This document shows, in pieces, positions 1 through 8,683 of a stretch of DNA of 64,000 nt (positions are counted from its first letter, which is position 1; each line of letters starts with the position of its first letter). The notes beneath the pieces are model-generated. The model saw only the letters and a list, made by a program, of their open reading frames with translations, searched no databases and was not told the origin of the DNA. This stretch comes from Patescibacteria group bacterium (GTDB lineage: Bacteria > Patescibacteriota > Minisyncoccia > UBA6257 > 2-01-FULL-56-20), in assembly GCA_028865305.1 (NCBI GenBank), contig JAGWKM010000003.1, forward strand, positions 4,820-68,819. Reading direction: 5' to 3'. A program made the translations under genes and the position numbers.

Positions 1-24
1 CCGATCAGCTTATCGTCTTATAAA

Positions 25-3000
25 GTGTTCGTTCAACCGTTCCAACCAAACTGGCTTTCGACGCAGCAGCTGATCAGCGCCGCTTCTTCATTGGTGGCGG
101 CTGGTTCCACGGCGACCCTTACGGTCCCGGTGGCAAGCTGCTTGACGCAAGTTGATGCCTGGTATGGTACGGCTCCGACGACTTTGCTCGACAGCAATCC
201 TTACCAGTATCCGAATGTGCCGTTTGTGATCTCTGCCGCGTTTACCCAGGCGCCGCTTTGCAGCAATCCGACGCCGACTTCGACGCCGCCGATCGCGAAT
301 ATCTCCGTCGAAAAGACGGTTGATAACGCGACACCGGATCAGGGCGACCTGATCAACTACGATATCACGGTCCGTTCATTCGGGCCGGCGACTTCGACTG
401 GGGTCACGGTGAGCGACCCGCTTCCGGCGGGATTGTCGCTTTTCGCCGTCCATACTTCCGTCGGCTCCTACTCGAGCTCGACGGGTATCTGGACGATCGG
501 CGATATGACCGCCCCTCGAGCCATTGAGTACCTGGAAATAGAAGCCAGGGTGACGGCGTCTCCGTGCACGACTGTTGCGAATACCGCGACGGTCAGCGAG
601 TCGCCGGACGAAGTGAATCAGGTTGGCATCGCAAATTCCACCGCGGCTATCACGGTGAACTGCGGCGGCCAGCCTGCCACGACAACGGCCGATCTCGCCA
701 TCGCGAAGACCGTTGATAATGCCAATCCCCACGAAGGGGATATGGTCCATTACACGCTGACGCTGACCGATTTCGGGCCGGCGTCCTCAACGGCTGCCTT
801 GGTGCATGACGCACTGCCGGCTGGCCTGACGTTCGTTTCCGCGGCTCCGTCGCAGGGAACGTATGTTTCAAGCACCGGCCAGTGGTATGTCGGGACGGTG
901 TTTCCGAACGCGACGGCCACCTTGGTTATTGCCGCGACGGTGAATGCCGGCACGGCAGGCCAGACGATCACGAACACTGCGATCGCGAGCGAGTCGAATT
1001 TCGACAATAATCCGTCGAATAACGCCTCATCGGTTTGTATCCTCGTGCAGGCAGGCGGTCCGCCGCCGACGCCGCACGCGGATCTCGCGGTCACGAAGGC
1101 AGTCGACCAGGCCAATCCGCACCATGGTGACACGATCCACTACGCCGTTACGGTAACCGACCTCGGGCCGGATGCCTCGACGGGCGCAGTGGCGACCGAC
1201 ACGCTGCCGGCGGGAGTGAGCTTCATTGCCGCCAGCACGTCGCTCGGCACTTATGCGAGTTCCACGGGTACGTGGACGATTGGCAGCCTCGGCGCAAGCT
1301 CCACGGCTACGCTCACCATCACGGCGAAGGTCACCGCTGCGGCGGGTTCTGTGATTACGAACACCGCGACGGTCGGCGGTTCTCCGAATGAGATCGACAA
1401 TTATCCGGGCAACAATACCGCGAGCGCGACCTTCACGGTCGCTTCCTGCGGCACCGGTTGCCAGAATATCGCCGATCTCGCCATCGCGAAGACCGTTGAT
1501 AATGCAACGCCTCGCCATGGCGACACGGTCCACTACCTGGTGACCGTGACGGATAACGGCCCTGCGACCTCAACGAATGTCACGGCGCACGATCTCTTGC
1601 CTTCGGGCTTGAGCTTCGTCTCCGCGAATCCTTCGGTCGGTTCCTATAACCTGAGTTCGGGCGAGTGGGATATCGGGAACGTCGGCACGAATGCCACGGC
1701 GACACTAGCCATCGCGGCTGTCGTTACGGCGGCGTCCGGCGCAACCGTCACGAATACCGCGACCGTCCAGGAATTGAGTTCGCTCGTTGATAACCCCGCG
1801 AACAATTCCTCCTCGGTTTCGATTGTCGTACAGCCTTCCGGCTGTCAAACGAATTGCGGCGGAGGACCAGCCGCCGATCTCGCTATCGCGAAATCGGTTG
1901 ACAACGCGGTGCCCCACGAAGGCGATACGGTTGCCTATACGGTTTCCGTAACCGATCAAGGTCCTGATGCGTCGACCAATGTTATCGCGAATGACCTCTT
2001 GCCTTCGGGCTTGAGTTTCGTATCGGCGACAACGTCCGTCGGCACATACGCAACCTCGACCGGCGCATGGACGATCGGCACGCTTATGCCGAACGCGACG
2101 GCCACCTTGGTCATTGCCGCGACGGTGAATGCCGGCACGGCAGGCCAGACGATCACGAACACTGCGACTGTCCAAGAATCGAATTCGATCGCGGATAACA
2201 ATCTCGCGAACAATTCTTCTTCGGTCTCGATCGCCGTGGTTCCGTCCGGAGTGGCTACTTCCACGGCTAACCTTTCAGTCGTGAAGACGGTCGATAACGC
2301 GAATCCGCAGCAAAATGCCGTGGTCCATTACACGATTACGGCAACCGCTTCGGGTCCCGCGACCTCGACCGGCGTCGTTGCGACGGATACCTGGCCTTCG
2401 GGCTTGGTATTCCTCAGCGCGACCACGACCCAGGGTTCCTACGCCAGTTCGACCGGTACCTGGAACGTCGGTGACATGACGGCGGCTTCAACGGCAACGT
2501 TGACGATCGCGGCCCAAGTCACGGCGAATCCCGGCACTGCGATTACGAATTTGGTTCTGATCGGCGAATCGACGAGCACCGTGAATCCAAACCCCAACAC
2601 CTCATCGACGGTGACGATCACCGTTGCCCAGCCGCCTTGCACCAGTAATTGCGGCGGTGGAGGAGGCGGTGGCGGTGGTGGAGGTGGCGGAGGAGGAGGC
2701 GGTGGCGGTGGTCCGCAATTTACGATCGCCATCAACAATGGAGCAAGCTCCACTTGTGATACCAATGCCACGCTTCAGCTTTACGCTACGGGCGCTTTCA
2801 CCATGCAGGTGTCAAACGATCCGAACTTCGCGTCTTCGAGCTCTTCCGGTTGGGTCCCTTATGCGACCACCATGTCGTGGACTTTAACCCCGGGAGCGGG
2901 AGCGAAGACGGTGTATGCGCGGTTCCGCGACGTGGGAGGCAACTCCATCGGCAGCGCGCAGGCGACCATCAATTTGCTTGCAAGCTGCTTCGTCCAATCG

Positions 3001-3381
3001 GGCACGCCGACTTCGACCGGCCAGGTCTTGGGTGCGCAGACAAGCTGCGGCCTCTACCTCGCCTCGTTTATCCATCCGGACCGGAAATACCTGAACATCC
3101 CGAGCGACGTCATGAAACTGCAGACCTTCCTCAATCAAAACCTGGGGACGACTCTGCCGATCACGGGCTACTATGGCTCCATGACCATCGCGGCGGTGAA
3201 CCAGTTCCAGCAAAAGTATTTCCCGACCGTACTTGCCCCGTGGGTTCCCTACGGACTGCCGAATTCAACTGATCCGACCGGCTATGTCTACATTACGACC
3301 CGCCGCTGGATCAATATGCTGGCCTGTCCGCAGCTGGACCTCCCGATCCCGACTCTGGTAGTCGATCAGGGCGGTAAGTAA
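25..3381 (+). CDS. Giant cell-surface protein, probably 5'-partial: six tandem DUF11-type repeat domains, 20xGly linker, C-terminal peptidoglycan-binding-like domain
   Basis: 1118-aa ORF. The frame stays open back to nt 1 and the first residues are not a signal peptide, so the gene likely continues upstream. A ~125-aa unit repeats six times with signature DLAIAKTVDNA.P..GD.V.Y.VTVTD.GP..ST.V...D.LP.GL.FVSA...G.Y....G.W.IG....ATATL.I.A.V. The C-terminal LQTFLNQNLG..LPITGYYGSMTIAAVNQFQQKY resembles PG_binding_1. Confidence 0.85.
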   Translation: MFVQPFQPNWLSTQQLISAASSLVAAGSTATLTVPVASCLTQVDAWYGTAPTTLLDSNPYQYPNVPFVISAAFTQAPLCSNPTPTSTPPIANISVEKTVDNATPDQGDLINYDITVRSFGPATSTGVTVSDPLPAGLSLFAVHTSVGSYSSSTGIWTIGDMTAPRAIEYLEIEARVTASPCTTVANTATVSESPDEVNQVGIANSTAAITVNCGGQPATTTADLAIAKTVDNANPHEGDMVHYTLTLTDFGPASSTAALVHDALPAGLTFVSAAPSQGTYVSSTGQWYVGTVFPNATATLVIAATVNAGTAGQTITNTAIASESNFDNNPSNNASSVCILVQAGGPPPTPHADLAVTKAVDQANPHHGDTIHYAVTVTDLGPDASTGAVATDTLPAGVSFIAASTSLGTYASSTGTWTIGSLGASSTATLTITAKVTAAAGSVITNTATVGGSPNEIDNYPGNNTASATFTVASCGTGCQNIADLAIAKTVDNATPRHGDTVHYLVTVTDNGPATSTNVTAHDLLPSGLSFVSANPSVGSYNLSSGEWDIGNVGTNATATLAIAAVVTAASGATVTNTATVQELSSLVDNPANNSSSVSIVVQPSGCQTNCGGGPAADLAIAKSVDNAVPHEGDTVAYTVSVTDQGPDASTNVIANDLLPSGLSFVSATTSVGTYATSTGAWTIGTLMPNATATLVIAATVNAGTAGQTITNTATVQESNSIADNNLANNSSSVSIAVVPSGVATSTANLSVVKTVDNANPQQNAVVHYTITATASGPATSTGVVATDTWPSGLVFLSATTTQGSYASSTGTWNVGDMTAASTATLTIAAQVTANPGTAITNLVLIGESTSTVNPNPNTSSTVTITVAQPPCTSNCGGGGGGGGGGGGGGGGGGGGPQFTIAINNGASSTCDTNATLQLYATGAFTMQVSNDPNFASSSSSGWVPYATTMSWTLTPGAGAKTVYARFRDVGGNSIGSAQATINLLASCFVQSGTPTSTGQVLGAQTSCGLYLASFIHPDRKYLNIPSDVMKLQTFLNQNLGTTLPITGYYGSMTIAAVNQFQQKYFPTVLAPWVPYGLPNSTDPTGYVYITTRRWINMLACPQLDLPIPTLVVDQGGK
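298..2640 (+). repeat. Six tandem DUF11-like coding repeats inside the surface protein gene
   Basis: (K/A)(T/S/A)VD(N/Q)A motif recurs six times at roughly 125-aa spacing. Repeats 2 and 5 share a 79-bp stretch with one mismatch (904-982 vs 2089-2167). Confidence 0.85.
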
Positions 3382-3388
3382 GATATTC

Positions 3389-3411
3389 AAAAACCCCGAA
3401 AGGGGTTTTTG
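3389..3411 (+). terminator. Intrinsic terminator after surface protein gene
   Basis: AAAAACCCC-GAAA-GGGGTTTTT hairpin with T-tract 8 nt after the stop codon. Confidence 0.8.
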
Positions 3412-3484
3412 AATTTAACGAAAACGGCCGCGCGCGGCCGGTCTCTTTGTTATAACGAATCGGCCCGCCGGAATCTGAAAATAT

Positions 3485-3514
3485 TTGCCATTTTCGATTA
3501 ATTAACCTTATACT
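3485..3514 (+). promoter_or_regulatory. Sigma70-like promoter TTGCCA-N18-TATACT
   Basis: Hexamers read directly, followed by AGGAGG (3524-3529) and ATG 3534. Confidence 0.55.
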
Positions 3515-3533
3515 CAAATAAGCAGGAGGCATC

Positions 3534-3848
3534 ATGCGATTCTTGACGTTCGGCCGGCGACCCCGGCTGGCGGGCAAAAAGGTGCAATTACTGAACGGAG
3601 AAATAATAAGGTTTTCGCTCGAAGATCTTGCGAACCCCGAGTTACAGGCCGGATTACAAGCCGGCAACGAAGGCCGCGGCGGGCACACGGAGGGAGATCG
3701 CTGGGATTCGCCGGCTTTCCAGCTTGGCTGGTGGCTGTACCTGTTTTGCGAAGGAAGGGTTTCGATTATTCCTTTCACAGGGAAAGACGTCCGCGCAGCG
3801 CTCGAGCAGTCCGGCATCCATCATTGCGGGTTGCGCGTGAAGGCATAA
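3534..3848 (+). CDS. Hypothetical protein (104 aa)
   Basis: Strong SD AGGAGG 4 nt before the ATG, C/G-rich third codon positions like neighbouring genes, own promoter and own terminator. No family recognised. Confidence 0.5.
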   Translation: MRFLTFGRRPRLAGKKVQLLNGEIIRFSLEDLANPELQAGLQAGNEGRGGHTEGDRWDSPAFQLGWWLYLFCEGRVSIIPFTGKDVRAALEQSGIHHCGLRVKA

Positions 3849-3860
3849 ATTTATCAATCG

Positions 3861-3882
3861 AGAGGCCTTGGGCCTCTTTTTT
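3861..3882 (+). terminator. Intrinsic terminator whose T-tract directly abuts the trmH-like start codon
   Basis: AGAGGCC-TTG-GGCCTCT followed by TTTTTT. The next base begins ATG 3883. Confidence 0.7.
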
Positions 3883-4389
3883 ATGAAGTTAACCGTCATC
3901 TTGCACAATATCCGCAGCGTCCATAATGTCGGTTCTATTTTCCGCACGGCGGACGGCGTCCGCGCGGAGAAAATTTATTTATGCGGCATCACGCCGACGC
4001 CGCTCGGCCGGTTCGGTAACATCCGCCCCGATTTGGCAAAAGTAGCGCTCGGTGCGGAACGCTCCGTGCCGTGGGAATATGCGAAGAGCACCATGGCGGC
4101 AGTCAAAAAATTAAAAAAAGAAGGTTATAGGATTTTTGCGCTCGAGCAGGCGGCCGGCTCGGTAGACATAGGGTCGTCCGCTCTCCGGATCCCGCTCTCC
4201 GGCTCCTGTCTCATCCTCGGCGACGAGATCCGCGGCCTGCCGCCGTCCATTTTGAAATTGGCGGATCGGATTCTTGAAATTCCCATGCGCGGCAGGAAGG
4301 AGTCGCTGAATGTTTCGGTTGCGTTCGGCATTGCAGCGTACGCATTCCTCAAAAAAGATGAACAAGCTAAAAACGGCAAAGGTCATTAA
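3883..4389 (+). CDS. SpoU/TrmH-family RNA 2'-O-methyltransferase
   Basis: MKLTVILHNIRSVHNVGSIFRTADG start and C-terminal LGDEIRGLP...IPMRGRKESLNVSVAFGIA are typical SpoU_methylase motifs. ATG 3883 is preferred over TTG 3868. Confidence 0.85.
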   Translation: MKLTVILHNIRSVHNVGSIFRTADGVRAEKIYLCGITPTPLGRFGNIRPDLAKVALGAERSVPWEYAKSTMAAVKKLKKEGYRIFALEQAAGSVDIGSSALRIPLSGSCLILGDEIRGLPPSILKLADRILEIPMRGRKESLNVSVAFGIAAYAFLKKDEQAKNGKGH

Positions 4390-4963
4390 AGCGCTCCGGG
4401 AAGGCGGGATGGGCGTAATGCCGACCGACACCATTTATGGCCTTGTGGGGTCGGCGCTCAACAAAAGGACGGTATACCGGCTGATCCGGCTGCGGCGCCG
4501 CGACTTAAAGAAACCATTCATCATCCTCATCTCTTCCGTGGGCGATCTGGAGTTATTTGATATAACTCCCGGCCGAAGGACGCAGGCATTACTCAAAATG
4601 TGGTGGCCGGGGAAGGTGAGCGTGATCATGCCGCTTAAAAGGGATCAGGGAATCAGGAGGGCATTCGCTTATTTGCACCGCGGGACCAACCGGTTGGCTT
4701 TTCGGTTGCCGAAGCCGGCATGGCTTAGGAATTTATTAAGTGAGACCGGACCGCTCGTTGCACCAAGCGCGAACCTGCCGGATAAGCCGGCGGTGAGGAC
4801 GGTGCGCGAGGCAAAAAAATATTTCGGGAATCGCGTCGATTTCTACTGGGACGCCGGCAAATTAGAGCGGAAACCTTCCGCGCTGGTTCGGATCGATGGG
4901 CGGGGCGTTACAGTCCTGCGTCCCGGAGCCGCGGCGGGAATCTCCGTATTAAAAAATCATTAA
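4358..4963 (+). CDS. tsaC: L-threonylcarbamoyladenylate synthase (TsaC/YrdC/Sua5 family)
   Basis: GGMGVMPTDTIYGLVGSA, KKPFIILI and LVAPSAN motifs. Start taken at MNKLKTAK, overlapping the trmH-like gene by 32 nt. Confidence 0.8.
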   Translation: MNKLKTAKVIKALREGGMGVMPTDTIYGLVGSALNKRTVYRLIRLRRRDLKKPFIILISSVGDLELFDITPGRRTQALLKMWWPGKVSVIMPLKRDQGIRRAFAYLHRGTNRLAFRLPKPAWLRNLLSETGPLVAPSANLPDKPAVRTVREAKKYFGNRVDFYWDAGKLERKPSALVRIDGRGVTVLRPGAAAGISVLKNH

Positions 4964-5047
4964 AAAAACAACCGCTTCATTGCGATCGCGCAATAAGCGG
5001 ACATTTTTGAATATGGTAGAATATTCATAATTCTTTATTTTTTTCTC

Positions 5048-5524
5048 ATGAAATCCATGCCAGTCATCATTTTCCTCTCGGCGGCGCTTGTGGTCCTCGT
5101 ACTGCTCTACCTGGGCTACCTTTTCTTTTTTCCGCACGTGAACCCGCCTCTTGTACAAAACGCGGTGATCATCGGGGACAATACGTTCGACGTGGAGATC
5201 GCTTCGACGACCATGGAAAAGACGCTGGGGCTTTCGGGGCGCAACGGGCTCGGCGCAAACCAGGGGATGCTTTTCATTTTCAGCGATCCGGGAGTGCAGC
5301 ACTTCTGGATGAAGGATATGAAGTTTTCGATTGACATTATCTGGATCTCGGATGACCGGGTGGCGGGGTTTGTGCAGAATGCGGCGCCGGAACCCGGCGT
5401 GCCGCTCTGGAACCTGCAGATCTATAATTCGCCGGATTCCGTGGATAAGGTGCTGGAAGTGGATGCGGGGACAGTGGCAAAAGACAACATCAAAATAGGG
5501 GACAGCGTGAGCGTGCGGAGTTGA
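5048..5524 (+). CDS. DUF192-domain protein with N-terminal membrane anchor
   Basis: LGLSGR...GMLFIF......FWMKDMKFSIDIIWI pattern is typical of DUF192 (COG1430). Confidence 0.7.
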   Translation: MKSMPVIIFLSAALVVLVLLYLGYLFFFPHVNPPLVQNAVIIGDNTFDVEIASTTMEKTLGLSGRNGLGANQGMLFIFSDPGVQHFWMKDMKFSIDIIWISDDRVAGFVQNAAPEPGVPLWNLQIYNSPDSVDKVLEVDAGTVAKDNIKIGDSVSVRS

Positions 5525-5591
5525 TCATTGGCCTTTTCGTCGGGGCAAGGGGAAATTGAGAAAAAGGAGTCGGAAAGAGTATAATGAAGGT

Positions 5592-6560
5592 ATGCTCCTC
5601 GATGACATCAAAAACTACGCCAAGCAGTTTGAATATGAACCGCTGGTCGAGAACGGGGCAAAACTGAAGAAATTCGGGAAATTTGTGGTCTGCGGGATGG
5701 GCGGATCGCACCTCGCGGCGGATATCCTGAAGGCCTGGCATCCGGAGGCGGATATCATCATCTGGCCGGGGTATGGTTTGCCGCGGCTGCACGACAAGGA
5801 CCTGAAGGAACGGTTGGTGATCGTAAGTTCCTATTCCGGCACGACGGAGGAGGCGATTGACGCTTTCGGCGCGGCCCGGGCGAAACATCTGGCGGTTGCG
5901 GTGATTGCCGCGCGCGGGAAGCTCATTAACCTGGCGCAGAAATTCAAAGTGCCCTACGTGCAGATGCCGGATTTCCACATGCAGCCGCGCATGGCGACCG
6001 GCTTGAGTTTGAAGGCATTACTCGCCGTGATGGGTGAAAAGGCCTGGCTTGCGGAAGCCAAGACGCTTGCAACGCAGCTCCATCCGGCGCGTGAAGAGCG
6101 GCGCGGGAAGGATCTTGCGAAGCGGCTTTTCGGCAGCGTGCCCGTCATTTACGCTTCAATGAAAAATGCGGCCATTGCGCACAACTGGAAAATCAAATTC
6201 AACGAAACCGGCAAAATCCCGGCGTTCGACAATTTCCTCTCGGAGATGAACCATAACGAGATGACCGGGTTTGATGCCAAGATGCGGACCGCGCCCTTGT
6301 CGCGCCATTTCCACTTCGTGTTCCTGAAGGATGGCATGGACGACCGGCGCATCACGAAACGGTTCGGCGTGCTCGAGCACTTGCTCCACGACCGCGGCTT
6401 CAAGGTGGAAATCGTGCTCCTCGAGGGAAAGACCGAGCTCCATAAGATTTTCAACGCGCTCGTTTTCGCCGACTGGACGGCGTACCATACGGCGAAGCTC
6501 TACGGCGTGGAAGCGGAGCAGGTGCCGATGGTGGAGGAGTTCAAGAAATCGATCGGCTAA
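5592..6560 (+). CDS. Bifunctional phosphoglucose/phosphomannose isomerase family protein (SIS domain)
   Basis: VVCGMGGSHLAADIL and VIVSSYSGTTEEAIDAF SIS motifs. C-terminal half matches the PGI/PMI family layout. Start chosen at MLLDDIKNY. Confidence 0.75.
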   Translation: MLLDDIKNYAKQFEYEPLVENGAKLKKFGKFVVCGMGGSHLAADILKAWHPEADIIIWPGYGLPRLHDKDLKERLVIVSSYSGTTEEAIDAFGAARAKHLAVAVIAARGKLINLAQKFKVPYVQMPDFHMQPRMATGLSLKALLAVMGEKAWLAEAKTLATQLHPAREERRGKDLAKRLFGSVPVIYASMKNAAIAHNWKIKFNETGKIPAFDNFLSEMNHNEMTGFDAKMRTAPLSRHFHFVFLKDGMDDRRITKRFGVLEHLLHDRGFKVEIVLLEGKTELHKIFNALVFADWTAYHTAKLYGVEAEQVPMVEEFKKSIG

Positions 6561-6575
6561 CCGTTCCTATACGTT

Positions 6576-7337
6576 ATGTCTGAATATTATAACCCGCACC
6601 GGGTTAAAAACTTGTTCAATCCGAAAAGCGAAGAGCCGTTCGTGGTGAGCCGGTCGGGCATCGATCTTTTTGTGCGCTGTCCGCGGTGCTTTTATATTGA
6701 TAAACGATTAGGTACGGCAAATCCTCCGGGTTTTCCTTTCAGTTTGAACTCGGCCGTTGACGCGCTGCTCAAGAAAGAATTCGATGCGCATCGCGCAAAG
6801 GGGCTTGCGCATCCGCTGATGAAGGCCTATGGCATTGAGGCGATTCCTTTCGCGCACCAAGAGCTCGACGCATGGCGGGATTCGCTCCGGCGCGGCATCA
6901 AATATCTCCATGAACCGACCAACCTCATGATCCGCGGCGGCGTCGATGATGTTTGGGTAAGTCCGGACGGCGAGCTCATCATCGCTGATTACAAGGCGAC
7001 CTCGAAAAACAAAGAAGTGACGCTTGATGCGGAATGGCAGGATGGCTACAAGCGGCAGATGGAAATTTACCAGTGGCTCTTCCGCAAGAACGGCTTCAAA
7101 GTTTCGGACACGGGCTATTTCGTCTATTGCAACGGCAACGCCGATAAAGAAGCGTTTGACGCAAAGTTGGAATTCGACATCAAATTGATTTCCTACAAAG
7201 GGAACGATGACTGGGTGGAGCAAACGATCTTTGATTTGCACGATTGCCTCATGTCGGAAACATTGCCGAAGCCCGGGGATGCCTGTGATTTTTGCGCATA
7301 TTACGATGCAAGAAAAGGATTGGAAGCCAAATTTTAA
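6576..7337 (+). CDS. PD-(D/E)XK nuclease family protein (Cas4/RecB-like, Cys-cluster)
   Basis: N-terminal CPRCFY, core GGVDDVWVSPDGELIIADYKATSK (D...D/E-X-K), QMEIYQWLF, and C-terminal CDFCAY give the four-Cys arrangement of Cas4/AddB-type nucleases. Confidence 0.7.
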   Translation: MSEYYNPHRVKNLFNPKSEEPFVVSRSGIDLFVRCPRCFYIDKRLGTANPPGFPFSLNSAVDALLKKEFDAHRAKGLAHPLMKAYGIEAIPFAHQELDAWRDSLRRGIKYLHEPTNLMIRGGVDDVWVSPDGELIIADYKATSKNKEVTLDAEWQDGYKRQMEIYQWLFRKNGFKVSDTGYFVYCNGNADKEAFDAKLEFDIKLISYKGNDDWVEQTIFDLHDCLMSETLPKPGDACDFCAYYDARKGLEAKF

Positions 7338-7707
7338 GAAGAAGATCGCCTGGACCAGCCACGCGCAGGCGAAAATGAAATTTTACAAGCTTTCCCGGCA
7401 GCGCGTGCTGCGCGTTTTGCACAGCCCGAAGAGGATCGAAGAGGGCGTCGCGCCGAAAACGGTTGCCGCAATGCAGCCCGCGTCGGTAAAAATGGCAAGA
7501 GTGCGCTCTTCGGGAGCGGCTCCGGAGGGGCGCCCAAGGGAAACCTGGAACCAGGAGCTCTGGGTTATGGTCGAAGATACGGCCAAAGAGAGGAAAATAA
7601 TAAGCGCCTGGAGGTATCCCGGCATGAGCAAGCCCCGAAGCGCCATAACGTTGGGCCATATGCGGCAGGAATTCGAAGAATACCAAAAGGGCGGCTTATC
7701 GGATTGA
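7306..7707 (+). CDS. Hypothetical protein (weak DUF4258-like N-terminus)
   Basis: IAWTSHAQAKMKFYKLSRQRVLRVLHSP resembles the H-A..rM..R.I motif of DUF4258. Start uncertain; it overlaps the upstream gene by 32 nt. Confidence 0.45.
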   Translation: MQEKDWKPNFKKKIAWTSHAQAKMKFYKLSRQRVLRVLHSPKRIEEGVAPKTVAAMQPASVKMARVRSSGAAPEGRPRETWNQELWVMVEDTAKERKIISAWRYPGMSKPRSAITLGHMRQEFEEYQKGGLSD

Positions 7708-7739
7708 TTCCGGCGCTATCGCATTTCCGCCGCGAGCCC

Positions 7740-7768
7740 TTGCCAAAAGGTTTATAATTTTCTATACT
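7740..7768 (+). promoter_or_regulatory. Promoter TTGCCA-N17-TATACT, 7 nt before the L25 ATG (near-leaderless)
   Basis: Hexamers read directly. There is no SD between the -10 and ATG 7776. Confidence 0.55.
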
Positions 7769-7775
7769 TTCTCCC

Positions 7776-8435
7776 ATGGACTTAGCGGTCAAAATGCGCG
7801 AAGGAGACGGCAAAAAAGCTTCCGCCCTGCGGCAGGAAGGTTTTATTCCGGCAGAACTCTACGGCCACGGGTTGAAGAACAAGCACCTGGCCGTTCCGGC
7901 GCGGGAGTTCAATAAAGTTTTCAAGGAAGCGGGAGAAAACACCGTGGTCACTTTGCATACCGGCGCGGAAAAGCATCCGGTTTTGATCTACGACGTGCAG
8001 CGCGACTTTTTGACGGGCGAAGTGGCGCACGTGGATTTTTACGCAGTGAAAATGGATGAGAAACTGAAGGCGAAGGTACCGCTCGAATTCACGGGCGAGG
8101 CGCCGGCCGTGCGCGAGAAGGGCGCAGTACTCAATAAATCGATGACGGAAATCGAAGTCGAGGCATTCCCGCAGGACCTGCCGCACCGGCTCGCGGTGGA
8201 CATTTCAGGGCTCGATGATTTTGGCAAGACCATTTACGTGAAGGATTTGGCGGTGCCGCGGGGCGTGGAAATTCTCGTGGAAGCGGAAACGGCCGTGATA
8301 ACCGCGACGGAGCCGATGAAGGAAGAGGAGGTGGCGGCGCCGGCGCCGGAAGCAGCCGTCGGCGAGGTGAAGGTGGAAACAGAGGAAAAGAAAGCCGAAA
8401 GGGCTGCCGAGAAGGAGGCAAAAGAAGAGAAGTGA
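7776..8435 (+). CDS. rplY: 50S ribosomal protein L25/Ctc with acidic/Lys-rich C-terminal tail
   Basis: LRQEGFIPAELYGHG...VLIYDVQRDFLTGEVAHVDFYAV is typical of bL25/Ctc. Confidence 0.9.
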   Translation: MDLAVKMREGDGKKASALRQEGFIPAELYGHGLKNKHLAVPAREFNKVFKEAGENTVVTLHTGAEKHPVLIYDVQRDFLTGEVAHVDFYAVKMDEKLKAKVPLEFTGEAPAVREKGAVLNKSMTEIEVEAFPQDLPHRLAVDISGLDDFGKTIYVKDLAVPRGVEILVEAETAVITATEPMKEEEVAAPAPEAAVGEVKVETEEKKAERAAEKEAKEEK

Positions 8436-8440
8436 TGAAA

Positions 8441-8482
8441 AACCGGCTCGAAGCGCCATCACGGCACTTCGGGCCGGTTTTT
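8441..8482 (+). terminator. Intrinsic terminator after rplY
   Basis: 17-bp imperfect stem AACCGGCTCGAAGCGCC / GGCACTTCGGGCCGGTT followed by TTTT. Confidence 0.75.
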
Positions 8483-8621
8483 ATAATCCGCGCGCGCGCG
8501 ATCTAGTAATCCATGTTTGTTGCGGGATTGAAATTCACTTCATGAAAGCGTAGCATTGAAGTAGATGATGGTCGATGGCATCGAAAAAGAAGCAATCGAA
8601 CAATTGGTTGCGAAACGCCAT

Positions 8622-8640
8622 ATGTCAAATATCTTGACAT
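8622..8640. promoter_or_regulatory. Perfect palindrome ATGTCAA-ATATC-TTGACAT, candidate operator of the HTH antitoxin
   Basis: 7-bp inverted repeat read directly. It lies just upstream of and overlaps the promoter region of the XRE-HTH gene. Confidence 0.5.
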
Positions 8641-8647
8641 TTTATGC

Positions 8648-8676
8648 TTGACTTTCTGACACTACCGGATTATCAT
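8648..8676 (+). promoter_or_regulatory. Promoter TTGACT-N17-TATCAT, 7 nt before ATG 8684 (leaderless mRNA predicted)
   Basis: Hexamers and spacing read directly. No SD present. Confidence 0.55.
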
Positions 8677-8683
8677 TGAAGCA

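Noticed and set aside
3421-3882. Intergenic-looking 460 bp as RNase P RNA, tmRNA, SRP or 6S RNA
   Set aside because: I checked by eye for GGAAAGUCCGG / ACAGAA (RNase P), a tRNA-like 3' end with GGUUCGAnUCC..CCA (tmRNA) and GGAAGCAGCC (SRP), and found none. A promoter, AGGAGG, a 104-aa ORF and a terminator explain the region better. An Rfam scan would settle it.
8433-8435. Alternative genetic code (UGA recoding, as in some candidate phyla)
   Set aside because: TGA terminates conserved proteins at the expected C-termini (rplY 8433, the response regulator 11360). No conserved gene requires in-frame TGA read-through.
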